A DNA stretch of 32,000 nucleotides from Desulfobulbus propionicus DSM 2032 (GCF_000186885.1 NC_014972.1:3450001-3482000), one strand, 5' to 3'. Shown: positions 9,246 through 18,363, counted from the first letter of the stretch. The notes: generated by a model from the letters alone, not told the origin. A program made the numbers and translations.

Positions 9246-10280
9246 TTACCGTTGGCCCCTTCGGTCATGCCACTGCACAATGACGATGGCCGGCAGAATG
9301 ACCGCCACCCCCATCGCCGCCTGCATGGACGGGATTTGGCGGTACAGCAGCCACTCGATCAGCACGATCAACGGCGGATAGAAATAGGAGTAGGCGCTGA
9401 CCCGGGTCGGCCCAAGGTACAGCGTCGCCCACTGGTTGATGAAAAAGGTGATGATGGTGGTGAAGATGGATAAATAGGCGATTCCCCCCCATACGCCTGC
9501 GGGAATGGCTTCCCAGGGGACGAGGGGAAGCTTGTCGAGGGTAAAGAGCAGGAGCCAGGCACTGCCGGTGGCGAGAATCCAGAAAGTCATCACCGCCATG
9601 GACTCGCCGCGATAGAGCAATTTCACCAACGGCATGTAAAGTCCCATCAGCAGACAGCCGCAGAAAAAAAGCAGGTCGCCGCGGTTGAGCTGGAGGCGCG
9701 CCATCCGCTCGAAATCGCCCTCGAAAATGACCCACAGCGCACCGATCATGGCCAGGGCCAAGGCCGCCAGGCGATAGCCTCCCAGCCGTTCGCGCAGGAG
9801 TATCCAGCCGTACAATCCGGAAATGCCAGGCACGGTGGTGAAAATAACCCCGGTGTTCAGCGGTGTGGTGATGCGCAAGGAAAGAAACATCAACCAAAAA
9901 AATCCGACCAGGGTCCCGCTGATGAGACTGTAGCGCAACAGATCGGCAGGGCGTGGACGGGACCAACCGAAGGTGCGGCCGACATAGGGGGCAAAGAGCA
10001 GCGTCGCCAGGATAAAGCGGATCAGGGTCAAGACCACCGGATCCATGAACGGCGTGATCAATTTGCCCACGATAAACGAGGTGGACACGAGAAAGGCCGA
10101 AAGAGCCATGCCGCCATGCAGCAACCAAAGCGACGGGGGAATGCTTGAATACCTGTTTGATCGCATGAGAAAAGAAAAAGTGGACAGCGCCGAGGGGGGC
10201 ATCCAGGGCGCGTGCATGATGGAAGCCAGGGGGACGGTCGCGAACGGCAGGGAACAAGACCCCTCGCGCGGCCTCTTCAC
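9246..10280 (-). CDS. EamA/DMT-superfamily transporter
   Basis: About 10 hydrophobic segments with a two-fold internal repeat typical of EamA (RhaT) permeases. The longest start is a GTG at 10280, forming a GTGA overlap with the upstream kinase stop. Alternative ATGs at 10217, 10205 and 10166. Confidence 0.8.
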   Translation of the reverse strand: MKRPREGSCSLPFATVPLASIMHAPWMPPSALSTFSFLMRSNRYSSIPPSLWLLHGGMALSAFLVSTSFIVGKLITPFMDPVVLTLIRFILATLLFAPYVGRTFGWSRPRPADLLRYSLISGTLVGFFWLMFLSLRITTPLNTGVIFTTVPGISGLYGWILLRERLGGYRLAALALAMIGALWVIFEGDFERMARLQLNRGDLLFFCGCLLMGLYMPLVKLLYRGESMAVMTFWILATGSAWLLLFTLDKLPLVPWEAIPAGVWGGIAYLSIFTTIITFFINQWATLYLGPTRVSAYSYFYPPLIVLIEWLLYRQIPSMQAAMGVAVILPAIVIVQWHDRRGQR

Positions 10281-12691
10281 CGGACAGGAGGAGAAGGGCG
10301 GTTCTCGATCGGCGTCCTGGCAAGGATTCTGGTGACCTCCCGCGAGACGCTTTCAGCGCTGAACGGCTTGGCGACAAAGCCGGCCAAACCCATTTGCTCA
10401 TAATTGTCCGCAGTTACCTGTTCACTATAGCCGGTACAAAGAATCACCGGAATATCCTCGCGTATTTTTTTCAGTGCGGTGGCCAGTTCCAGGCCGGTCA
10501 TTCCCGGCATCCCCATGTCGGTGAGAACCAGATCGAACAGCCCTTTTCGCGACAGGAAAAGCCGATAGGCCTCTTCGCTCGAACGACAGGATGTCACCGT
10601 ATACCCGAGATGGCTGAGCACCTGTTCCAGATAAAAGGCGATAGGCTGTTCATCGTCCACCACCAGGATGTGCCCTTCCCGCGGCGGGCTGGCCGTTTCA
10701 TTCTGCTCGGCCCGGTTGTCCTCTTCCTGGGCCGCTTCCGGAAGAAAAACGGTAAAACAGCTTCCTTTTCCGGGGATCGACTCCACCGTCACCGCCCCGC
10801 GATGGTCATTGACGATGCCATGGACCACCGACAGGCCCAACCCCGTGCCTTCGTGCAACTTTTTCGTGGTGAAGTAGGGTTCGAAAATCCGCTGAAGATA
10901 TTCCGGCGGAATGCCAACACCCGTGTCCTCGACCTGGAGGCAGACATAGGATCCATGTTGCAGATTGCCGATCTCGACCCCTTCTTTGGGCGAAAGCGTT
11001 CTGGTGTACAACCGGACATGAATCGCCCCGCCCTTTCCTTCCAGGGCCTGATAGGCATTGGTACAGAGATTCATGATGACCTGGTGCATCTGGGTGGGGT
11101 CAGCTTTCACATAGGCATTCGGGGCAATGTCGGAGATGAGTTCAATATTCGCCGGTAAGCTGGCGCGCAACAGCTTGAGCACTTCCTTGACAATAAGGCC
11201 GAGTTGCAGACTCGATACATTTTTCTCCCCCTGCCTGCTGAACTGAAGGATCTGGTCGACCAGTTGTCCGGCCCGTTCCGAAGCCTTGACGATTTCTCCC
11301 AAATTCTTGTACAACAGCGAATCGGATGGGCACTGCCCCTGCGACAGCTCCGCATACCCCAGAATGGCCGTCAAAATATTGTTGAAATCATGCGCCACCC
11401 CGCCGGCCAATGTCCCGATGGCCTGCATTTTTTGCGACTGCCTGATCTGATTTTCCAGAATCAAGTGCTGGGTAATATCGCGCTTGACCGCGACATAGTT
11501 GATGATATGGCCATTGTTGTCCCGCACCGGAGTAATGGTGGCTTCCTCCTTGTACAAGGCGCCATTTTTTTTCTTGTTGGTGAAGGTCCCGCGCCAAACG
11601 TGCCCCTTCGCAATTTCCGCCCACATCAGCTTGTATTGATACGGCGGCGTTTCGCCACTCTGCAGCAATCGCGGGTTTTTCCCTAACACCTCCGGGTACG
11701 AGTAGCCGCTGACTTCCTCGAAGGCGGGATTCACATATTGGATATTGCCAAAGATATCGGTGATAATTACAGACTCGGCCGCCTGCTCGACAGCGGTTGC
11801 CAGCAACCGCCGTCCTTCTTCCATTTTAAAACGATTGCTCATATTATAAAACATTACCTGAGCAACCTTCCTAGTGCCGATCAAAGCGGTGTCAATTTGT
11901 ATCTGTACCGGAATCTTTTCATTATCCTTGTTCTTTATAAAGAAATTGAGAATATCGTCGCAAGGTTCTTCATTTATTTTTTTATTGAAAAATTCAATGT
12001 AGTTATCTCTTTCCTTCCCGTCATAAAAATCGCCATGATGCGTGCCGACAATGCCCCCGTGGACGAATTTGAAAAAATCAAGGGCGTGATTGTTTGCCTC
12101 CAAAATAATCCCGCTGAATGAATCAACTATGATGATAGGCTCATTTATTGACTGTAGTAATAAATAGTATTTTTCAATGAATTCTGTTGAAATTTTTTCA
12201 AAATTCTTTCTTGATGTTATATTTTCAATCAAGACCAATGCATAATAATCTTGTTTCTCTCCAAATATATCAATCTTGACATTGAAAAATAATTCATTTT
12301 TATTAACATCCAATACATTATAATCATGATACGTATTCTTTCTTCCGCAAAGAAAGTTAGATATTATATTGTCACAAATTTTATTATATAAAACATTAAA
12401 TACATACGATCTCCCTTCGAGTATCGAAGATCTTTTTCCATCTGCGAATAAATCAACAACGGATTGATTCAACGAATATATTTTTATAAATGATGCGCTA
12501 TTTTTCTTTAAAAAAAGTTCCGCAGATAGATACTGATCTATGTCGGCAATGTCCGATTGTTCAATTTCTTTGCATTTTATTCCGATATCAGTCACATTTA
12601 ATAACAGCATCGGAACGCTCGAATTTAAAAAGCCTGCCCGATACCATGGGGGCACGCTGCCCATTCTCCCTTGCGCTTGGTTGATCATCAT
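10277..12691 (-). CDS. Hybrid sensor histidine kinase/response regulator, cytoplasmic, PAS-rich; N-terminal sensor part encoded by low-GC DNA
   Basis: 804 aa. PAS/PAC (VIITDIFGNIQYVNPAFEEVSGY...VAVKRDIT). H box GGVAHDFNNILTAI; N box MNLCTNAYQA; G boxes DTGVGI, GTGLGLSVV. Receiver ILVVDDE...LVLTDMGMPGMTG. No TM segment seen. Alternative downstream starts are possible. Confidence 0.88.
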   Translation of the reverse strand: MMINQAQGRMGSVPPWYRAGFLNSSVPMLLLNVTDIGIKCKEIEQSDIADIDQYLSAELFLKKNSASFIKIYSLNQSVVDLFADGKRSSILEGRSYVFNVLYNKICDNIISNFLCGRKNTYHDYNVLDVNKNELFFNVKIDIFGEKQDYYALVLIENITSRKNFEKISTEFIEKYYLLLQSINEPIIIVDSFSGIILEANNHALDFFKFVHGGIVGTHHGDFYDGKERDNYIEFFNKKINEEPCDDILNFFIKNKDNEKIPVQIQIDTALIGTRKVAQVMFYNMSNRFKMEEGRRLLATAVEQAAESVIITDIFGNIQYVNPAFEEVSGYSYPEVLGKNPRLLQSGETPPYQYKLMWAEIAKGHVWRGTFTNKKKNGALYKEEATITPVRDNNGHIINYVAVKRDITQHLILENQIRQSQKMQAIGTLAGGVAHDFNNILTAILGYAELSQGQCPSDSLLYKNLGEIVKASERAGQLVDQILQFSRQGEKNVSSLQLGLIVKEVLKLLRASLPANIELISDIAPNAYVKADPTQMHQVIMNLCTNAYQALEGKGGAIHVRLYTRTLSPKEGVEIGNLQHGSYVCLQVEDTGVGIPPEYLQRIFEPYFTTKKLHEGTGLGLSVVHGIVNDHRGAVTVESIPGKGSCFTVFLPEAAQEEDNRAEQNETASPPREGHILVVDDEQPIAFYLEQVLSHLGYTVTSCRSSEEAYRLFLSRKGLFDLVLTDMGMPGMTGLELATALKKIREDIPVILCTGYSEQVTADNYEQMGLAGFVAKPFSAESVSREVTRILARTPIENRPSPPVR

Positions 12692-12824
12692 ACTAGCACT
12701 TCACTGTTTATGGAAAAATGGGTTCGATCAGAGGCTCTTGCGTAGACAATACAGGGCCCTTCATTCACATTGAACGCTTTCCTTCATCCCGCCGATACCT
12801 TGCGGCACATTCGATTCTCACATC

Positions 12825-13694
12825 ATGCACGACGACGAACAGAAAGGCCCGGCAGCCGTTCAACCTGGAAAATTATATGTGGTGGCGACCCCCATTGGCA
12901 ACTTGGGCGACCTGAGCCATCGAGCCATCGAAACCCTGGCCTCGGTTGATTGTATAGCCTGCGAAGATACAAGACGCACAAAAAATCTCTGCCGCTATCT
13001 CGATATTGCTCCGCGCCTGATCAGCTACTACCGCGAAAAAGAGCAGGAAAAGGCGGCGCTGCTGGTCGAATTGCTGCAAGCGGGGAAGAACATCGGGCTT
13101 GTTTCCGATGCCGGGACGCCCGCCATCTCGGACCCCGGAGGTATCCTGGTGCGCAAGGCACGGCAAGCGGGCATCCACGTCGTTCCGATAGCCGGGCCTT
13201 GCGCCGTAACGACCGCCTTGTCCGTTGCCGGCCTTTCCCCGACGCCGTTCTTTTTTGGCGGCTTCCTCCCCGCAAAAAAAAGCGAACGGCAGAACATGCT
13301 GCGTCGTCTTGCTTCACTGCCGTGCACACTGGTCTTTTATGAATCGCCCCACCGGATATCCGACACCCTGGCCGACATGGTCCACTGCCTTGGCGACCGC
13401 CCTGCCCAGCTCTTTCGCGAACTGACCAAAATATACGAAGAATGCCTGGAAGACACGCTTGCAAACCTGTGCGATCGCCTGCGAGGCGGGATCAAGGGGG
13501 AATTGGTCCTGATCATTCAAGGCGCCCCGGATACCGCCGCCGACCCCGCGGCGAACCTTGAGGAACTGTTGATCTGGTATCGCGATGAACAGCAATCGAG
13601 CCTCAAAACCGCGGTCAACGCGATTGCCGCCGACCTGGGGATTCCCCGGTCTCTCGTCTACAAAAAAGCGCTTTCCCTCTGGGGAGATGGCTGA
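12825..13694 (+). CDS. rsmI: 16S rRNA (cytidine1402-2'-O)-methyltransferase
   Basis: 289 aa. KLYVVATPIGNLGDLS.RA...L..VD.IACEDTR, GLVSDAGTP.ISDPG and FYESPHR are tetrapyrrole-methylase-fold RsmI signatures. Confidence 0.92.
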   Translation: MHDDEQKGPAAVQPGKLYVVATPIGNLGDLSHRAIETLASVDCIACEDTRRTKNLCRYLDIAPRLISYYREKEQEKAALLVELLQAGKNIGLVSDAGTPAISDPGGILVRKARQAGIHVVPIAGPCAVTTALSVAGLSPTPFFFGGFLPAKKSERQNMLRRLASLPCTLVFYESPHRISDTLADMVHCLGDRPAQLFRELTKIYEECLEDTLANLCDRLRGGIKGELVLIIQGAPDTAADPAANLEELLIWYRDEQQSSLKTAVNAIAADLGIPRSLVYKKALSLWGDG

Positions 13695-13711
13695 CAACCC
13701 ACCCCCCCCGG

Positions 13712-13764
13712 GCCGCTGGCGGAGGCATGCATTCCTGGGTTGCCTCCGGCGACACGCCAGCGGC
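13712..13764 (+). terminator. Two-tier hairpin 18 nt after the rsmI stop (terminator-like)
   Basis: GCCGCTGGCG (13712-13721) pairs perfectly with CGCCAGCGGC (13755-13764). Inner GAGGCA (13722-13727) pairs with TGCCTC (13741-13746). Only a weak T-rich tail lies further downstream. Confidence 0.45.
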
Positions 13765-13791
13765 CGAGCGGCTCATCGCCTCCTTTTGCCA

Positions 13792-13818
13792 TTGACACGG
13801 TTTTTTTTCATATACATT
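13792..13818 (+). promoter_or_regulatory. Possible promoter for the small helical protein gene
   Basis: Perfect -35 TTGACA (13792-13797), a T8 run, then TACATT (13813-13818) at 15-nt spacing (or CATTGT at 17 nt). It lies about 70 nt upstream of the ATG at 13888. Confidence 0.3.
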
Positions 13819-13887
13819 GTACTGTTGCGAATCATTCAACCATCTGTTTGCTCGTCTTGGAGCACCACCATTGCAAGGAGGTCATGC

Positions 13888-14154
13888 ATGGGAATGAAAG
13901 AAGAGTTTGACAATCTCGTCGAGAAATTAAAAACCGAACGGGACAAAATAGCGCTGAAAGCTCACCTTGGCTCGATGGAGGTCCGGGACGAGATTGAAGG
14001 GGCGGAAAAGGTTTGGGACCAGTTGAAAGGCAAGGCTGCGGAAATAGCTGACGATGCGGTGGAAACTTCCGAGGAATATATCGCCAAGGCCAAAATCGTC
14101 GGCGACGAATTGAAGGAAACCTACAAGCGTATTTCGCAGCGTCTTTCCGAATAA
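13888..14154 (+). CDS. Small (88 aa) charged, predicted all-helical hypothetical protein
   Basis: ATG preceded by AAGGAGG at 7-nt spacing. K/E/D-rich heptad-like sequence (EEFDNLVEKLKTERDKIALKAHL...). The longer 189-aa ORF-track form would overlap rsmI, so it is rejected. No family recognised. Confidence 0.55.
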   Translation: MGMKEEFDNLVEKLKTERDKIALKAHLGSMEVRDEIEGAEKVWDQLKGKAAEIADDAVETSEEYIAKAKIVGDELKETYKRISQRLSE

Positions 14155-14427
14155 GCCAACGGCTTGCCGGGGACAGGGACAAGACTGTCCACCCTTGCCG
14201 TTCACTTCGAGGGCTTGCTTTCCCGGCGGCCATGTATTTCGGGGCTGTTTTTCTTTCGCCATGCTTTGCGGCCAGCCGCGGCGGCTGGAAGAAAAACAGC
14301 CTCTGCCATCACTTGGCCCGGGGAGACAGCCGCTGCCCCAACCCGCCCTGACCGAATCAGCCGCAAAGACTGCCGTTGCCCGCGCATGTGGCGCACTTTC
14401 TCTCTGCCCGGCCGTTCTTCCTCCCCC

Positions 14428-16278
14428 ATGAATGCACGAACAATTGAGCTTTTGGCTCCGGCAAAAAATGTTTCCTGCGGCATCGCCGCGATCGACCACG
14501 GGGCCGATGCCGTCTATATCGGCGGCCCCCTTTTTGGTGCTCGGGCAGCCGCCGCCAACAGCCTGGTCGACATAGAACGGCTGGTGGCCTATGCCCATCA
14601 GTTCCGGGCAAGGGTCTATGTCGCCCTGAACACCCTTTTGGAGGACGATGAACTTGATGTCGCGGTGCGGCTGATCCACCAGCTGTACTCGATTGGGGTC
14701 GATGCCCTGATCATCCAGGACGTCGGGCTGCTGGAGGCAGATCTGCCCCCCATTCCGCTCCACAGTTCAACGCAAATGAACAACCGGACGGTCGAGAAGG
14801 TACGGTTTTGGGAAGAGATGGGGTTTACCCAGGTGGTGCTGGCCCGGGAACTCAGTCTCGCCCAAATACGGCAGATCCGGGACGCCACCACGGTACCTCT
14901 CGAATTTTTCGTACATGGGGCACTGTGCGTCTCCTACAGCGGCCAGTGCTACATCAGCGAGGTGATGGCCGGTCGCAGCGCCAACAGAGGGCAATGCGCC
15001 CAGTTCTGCCGGCACGCCTTTGACTTGGTTGACGGGCAGGGAACCGTGCTGGTCAAGGACCGCCATCTGCTCAGCCTCAAGGATCTGGATCTGTCCAACC
15101 ACCTTGGCGCCCTGATCGATGCCGGGATCTCTTCTTTTAAAATCGAGGGCCGTCTGAAGGACGTGTCGTATGTGAAGAATGTCACCGCCGCCTATCGCCT
15201 GGCCCTTGACGCGATCATCGATACGAGGAACGATCTGTTGCGGGCCTCGTCGGGCCGATGCCAATTTCGCTTTACCCCCGACCCCGCACGATCGTTCAGC
15301 CGGGGCGCCACCACGTACTTTGTTCACCGGCGAGACAAGGCGATGGCGGAAATCCGCACGCCCAAATCCATCGGCAAGCGGATCGGACGGGTCAGCACTG
15401 TGGATGCCCGCAGCTTCACACTCGCGGGCGATGAAGCCGTGCACAACGGTGACGGCCTCTGTTTTTTTGACCGCGACAATACCCTGGTGGGCGTGCGGGT
15501 CAACCGTGTCGAGGGACGCACGATCTTTCCCAAGGATGGTGTCGCCCGCTTGCGCTTGTCGCCGGGGACGGAGATCTTTCGCAATTTCGACATTCAGTTC
15601 AACAGGGTGCTCGAACAGAGCACCCTTTGCCGCCAGCTGGCCGTGCGTATGCGCCTGGCTGAACACGCTGAGGGCGTACAGTTGACGATCACCGATGAAG
15701 ACGAAATCGCATCGACCACGACGATCGAGACGGACAAAGAGACGGCGATCAAGGGGGAGACGATCTCGTCGGTGGCCGTGCGGCAGCTGAAGAAAAGCGG
15801 CGGCACGGTTTTTACGGTTTCCGATGTCAGCCTCGACCTGTCTCCTGGACGGTTCCTCCCGGCCTCGGTGCTCAACGCCTTGCGGCGAAAGGCCTTTGCC
15901 CGGCATCTCGAAATTCGGCGCGCGTCGTATCCCAGGCAAGAGAAAATCCGCCCCCGCAACGATGCGCCGTGGGTCGCCGCCACAGTGGCATACACCGACA
16001 ATATCACCAACCGGAACGCCGCGATTTTTTTCCTGCATCACGGTGTCCGGCAGCTCCATCCGGAGTTGCTCCGGGCCGGCAATGTTCCGGAATGCGCCTT
16101 GATGACCACGAAGTACTGCATCAGATTCCAGCTGGGTCTTTGCAGTGGCGCGAAGATACAAAAGGGGCGCATCGCCGAGCCGTTGTTTCTCACCGACAAG
16201 ACCGGAACCTATGAACTGTGTTTTGATTGCTCCCGATGTGAAATGGCTGTTCGCAACATCGAACACCATCAACAATGA
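14428..16278 (+). CDS. rlhA: U32-family protein, long YdcP/RlhA-like form (family of the 23S rRNA 5-hydroxycytidine-2501 synthase)
   Basis: 616 aa from the ATG at 14428. N-terminus IELLAPAKN...HGADAVYIGGP.FGAR and the U32 signature EFFVHGALCVSYSGQCYIS...GRSANRGQCAQ.CR. The C-terminal Cys cluster (TKYCIRF...LC...CFDCSRCEM) matches by eye the E. coli YdcP C-terminus (TKHCLRF...FDCRPCEM). No strong SD; an alternative ATG lies at 14386. Confidence 0.8.
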   Translation: MNARTIELLAPAKNVSCGIAAIDHGADAVYIGGPLFGARAAAANSLVDIERLVAYAHQFRARVYVALNTLLEDDELDVAVRLIHQLYSIGVDALIIQDVGLLEADLPPIPLHSSTQMNNRTVEKVRFWEEMGFTQVVLARELSLAQIRQIRDATTVPLEFFVHGALCVSYSGQCYISEVMAGRSANRGQCAQFCRHAFDLVDGQGTVLVKDRHLLSLKDLDLSNHLGALIDAGISSFKIEGRLKDVSYVKNVTAAYRLALDAIIDTRNDLLRASSGRCQFRFTPDPARSFSRGATTYFVHRRDKAMAEIRTPKSIGKRIGRVSTVDARSFTLAGDEAVHNGDGLCFFDRDNTLVGVRVNRVEGRTIFPKDGVARLRLSPGTEIFRNFDIQFNRVLEQSTLCRQLAVRMRLAEHAEGVQLTITDEDEIASTTTIETDKETAIKGETISSVAVRQLKKSGGTVFTVSDVSLDLSPGRFLPASVLNALRRKAFARHLEIRRASYPRQEKIRPRNDAPWVAATVAYTDNITNRNAAIFFLHHGVRQLHPELLRAGNVPECALMTTKYCIRFQLGLCSGAKIQKGRIAEPLFLTDKTGTYELCFDCSRCEMAVRNIEHHQQ

Positions 16279-16345
16279 GCCCTTCTCTTGATGCAACCAG
16301 CAACCGCTCGTTTTTTTTCACCCTTCGGGTCGGCTTAAAGCAAGT

Positions 16346-16960
16346 ATGAGGTGGCAAGGAATGGATCTGGTGCAAGTGTTCAGCAATTCTGGCGACTTGG
16401 CTGGCAACAACAGGCGCCTGCACTTTTGCCCCCAGTGCGGCCAGCGACTGCATCAAAAAACACTGGCGAAATTTGAACGGCAACGATGTGACCGATGCGC
16501 CTTTGTTCATTACCTCAATCCACATCCAGGCATCACCATCATCATTCGATCGCGTGAAGGGAAGGTGTTGATCGGCAGACGGTCCGAACGATCACGATAT
16601 GGGGGCCGATGGTGCCTGCCTGGAGGATATATCGAATACGAGGAGTCTTTCATCGACACCGCCCACCGCGAGGTTGCCGAAGAGACAGGGTTGAAAATAC
16701 GTATCGACGGCATTGTCAATGTGGTGTCCAACCATCTTGACGACCTGCATCACACCCTTGTTGTCGTGCTAACGGGACAACAATCGGGTGGAATCCTGCG
16801 ACCTGGAGACGACCTCACCGCGCTGCGGTGGATAGACGGCGAACAGCATAAGGAAATAGGCTATGCCTTCGAAGCGGACAGAAGCATCGTTGACTGCTAC
16901 TTTGCTGGAAATATCAAAATATTGCCGATTGATCCAGGGGCAGAACAGAGACTCGCCTAA
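16346..16960 (+). CDS. NUDIX hydrolase with N-terminal zinc ribbon
   Basis: Complete Nudix box GYIEYEESFIDTAHREVAEETGL (GX5EX7REVXEEXGL). CPQCG...CDRC precedes it, as in NudC-like enzymes, but I do not see the NudC-specific SQPWPFP motif. The second ATG at 16361 has the better SD (GAGGTG). Confidence 0.85.
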   Translation: MRWQGMDLVQVFSNSGDLAGNNRRLHFCPQCGQRLHQKTLAKFERQRCDRCAFVHYLNPHPGITIIIRSREGKVLIGRRSERSRYGGRWCLPGGYIEYEESFIDTAHREVAEETGLKIRIDGIVNVVSNHLDDLHHTLVVVLTGQQSGGILRPGDDLTALRWIDGEQHKEIGYAFEADRSIVDCYFAGNIKILPIDPGAEQRLA

Positions 16961-17140
16961 GAACAGGCGACTCCCTCTTTGCTTGAGGAAAGAGATAAAG
17001 CCTGTCTAGCAAAAAATATTGGGAAAAGAACCGATGGCGGGCGTGCCGATATTATCTGACTGCCGACCCGGGCAAGGCAAAGAGCCCCCCTCCCCCGCAC
17101 CATGGGAGCGGGCGACGGCAACATGTTCTGTCACCGCCGT

Positions 17141-18349
17141 TCATGCTCGGCGAAAAACCAGACAGGCGTTGGTGCCGCCGAAACCGTAGCTGTTGCTCAT
17201 CACCGTGCTGAGGGAGGCGTCGCGGGAGGTTTCGACAATGTTGTGGCCTACCGCATCGGGGTCCATTTCTTCGATGTTGGCCGAGCCGCAGATGAAACCG
17301 TGGTTCAGCATCAAGAGGCTGTAGATGGCTTCGTGCACGCCGGCCGCACCCAGGCTGTGGCCGGACAGGGACTTGGTCGAGCTGATCGGCGGGCTGTCCG
17401 GCCCGAACACCTCGCGGATGGCCCGCAGCTCGACGATGTCGCCGATGGGCGTGGAGGTGCCGTGGGCGTTGATGTAGTCGATCGGCCCCTGGGCGGTGTT
17501 CAAGGCCAGACGGATGCAGCGCACCGCGCCCTCGCCCGAGGGCTGGACCATTTCCGAGCCGTCGGCGGTGGCCCCGTAGCCGACCAGCTCGCCGTAGATG
17601 TTCGCTCCCCGTCTTTTTGCCCGTTCATACTCTTCCAGCACCACGATACCGGCGCCGTTGGCGACCACAAAACCATCGCGGTTGCGGTCATAGGGTCGCG
17701 AGGCCCGTTCGGGGGTGTCGTTGTACCGGGTGGACAGGGCACCCATGGCGTCGAACATGGCAGTCTGGGTCCAGTGCTCCTCGTCGGAGCCGCCGGCAAA
17801 AACCAGATCCTGCTTGCCCATCTGGATCTGTTCCATGGCCGCGCCGATGCAGTGGGAGCCGGTGGCGCAGGCCGAGGAGATCGAATAACATAGCCCCATG
17901 ATGCGATGGGTGCTGGTCAGGCAGGCGGAAACCGTGCTGCTCATGGTGCGCGGCACCATGAAGGGACTGAGCCGTTTCAGTCCCTTGTCGCGCATGGTAT
18001 CGGCCGTGGCGACCACGTTCTCCGCCGAGGTGCCGCCAGAACCGATGATCAGTCCGGTGCGCGGATGGGACACCTCGTCTTCGGCCAGTCCAGCATCGGC
18101 GATGGCCTGCGAAAGCGCGATCGAGGCATAGGCGGCGGCATTGCCCATGAAGCGCAGGTTCTTCTTGTCGATATGTTCCTTGACATCCACCGAGGTAAAA
18201 CCGCCGATCTGGGCCCGTAGCCCGATCTCCCGGTACGGTTCGTGGTAGCGGATGCCGGACCGTCCCTCGCGCAGGGAGGCCAGCGCCTCGGCGGTGGAGT
18301 CGCCCAAGGACGAGACAATGCCCATGCCGGTGATCACAACTCGTCGCAT
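17141..18349 (-). CDS. fabB: 3-oxoacyl-ACP synthase I (KAS I)
   Basis: 402 aa from [76 protein letters not shown] and VMSNS.GFGGTNA match E. coli FabB closely by eye. GGAGAA SD. The 654-aa ORF-track form is a spurious 5' read-through across the SDR gene. Confidence 0.92.
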   Translation of the reverse strand: MRRVVITGMGIVSSLGDSTAEALASLREGRSGIRYHEPYREIGLRAQIGGFTSVDVKEHIDKKNLRFMGNAAAYASIALSQAIADAGLAEDEVSHPRTGLIIGSGGTSAENVVATADTMRDKGLKRLSPFMVPRTMSSTVSACLTSTHRIMGLCYSISSACATGSHCIGAAMEQIQMGKQDLVFAGGSDEEHWTQTAMFDAMGALSTRYNDTPERASRPYDRNRDGFVVANGAGIVVLEEYERAKRRGANIYGELVGYGATADGSEMVQPSGEGAVRCIRLALNTAQGPIDYINAHGTSTPIGDIVELRAIREVFGPDSPPISSTKSLSGHSLGAAGVHEAIYSLLMLNHGFICGSANIEEMDPDAVGHNIVETSRDASLSTVMSNSYGFGGTNACLVFRRA

Positions 18350-18363
18350 TCGCTTCTCCGTGC

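Noticed and set aside
12725-12750. GGGTTCGATCAGAGGCTC, resembling a tRNA T-arm, examined as a possible attR repeat of tRNA-Phe bounding an island from 5300 to 12750
   Set aside because: About 12 of 24 positions match the tRNA-Phe 3' end even with a gap. There is no integrase or mobility gene between the sites. The low-GC block lies inside a gene rather than forming an island.
14164-14427. 88-codon N-terminal extension of the U32 ORF
   Set aside because: No similarity to U32 N-termini (family members start near ...IELLAPA). The sequence is R/P/A-rich and coincides with the inverted-repeat leader.
14767-16296. 509-aa minus-strand ORF opposite the U32 gene
   Set aside because: Antisense shadow ORF. 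The U32 frame carries the family signature; this frame carries none.
16963-17005. Two-tier hairpin (ACAGGC/GCCTGT enclosing CTCTTT/AAAGAG) between the convergent Nudix and fabB genes as a bidirectional terminator
   Set aside because: An A run follows it on the plus strand and a T run precedes it on the minus strand. That is the wrong geometry for an intrinsic terminator in either direction, so I did not annotate it as a feature.
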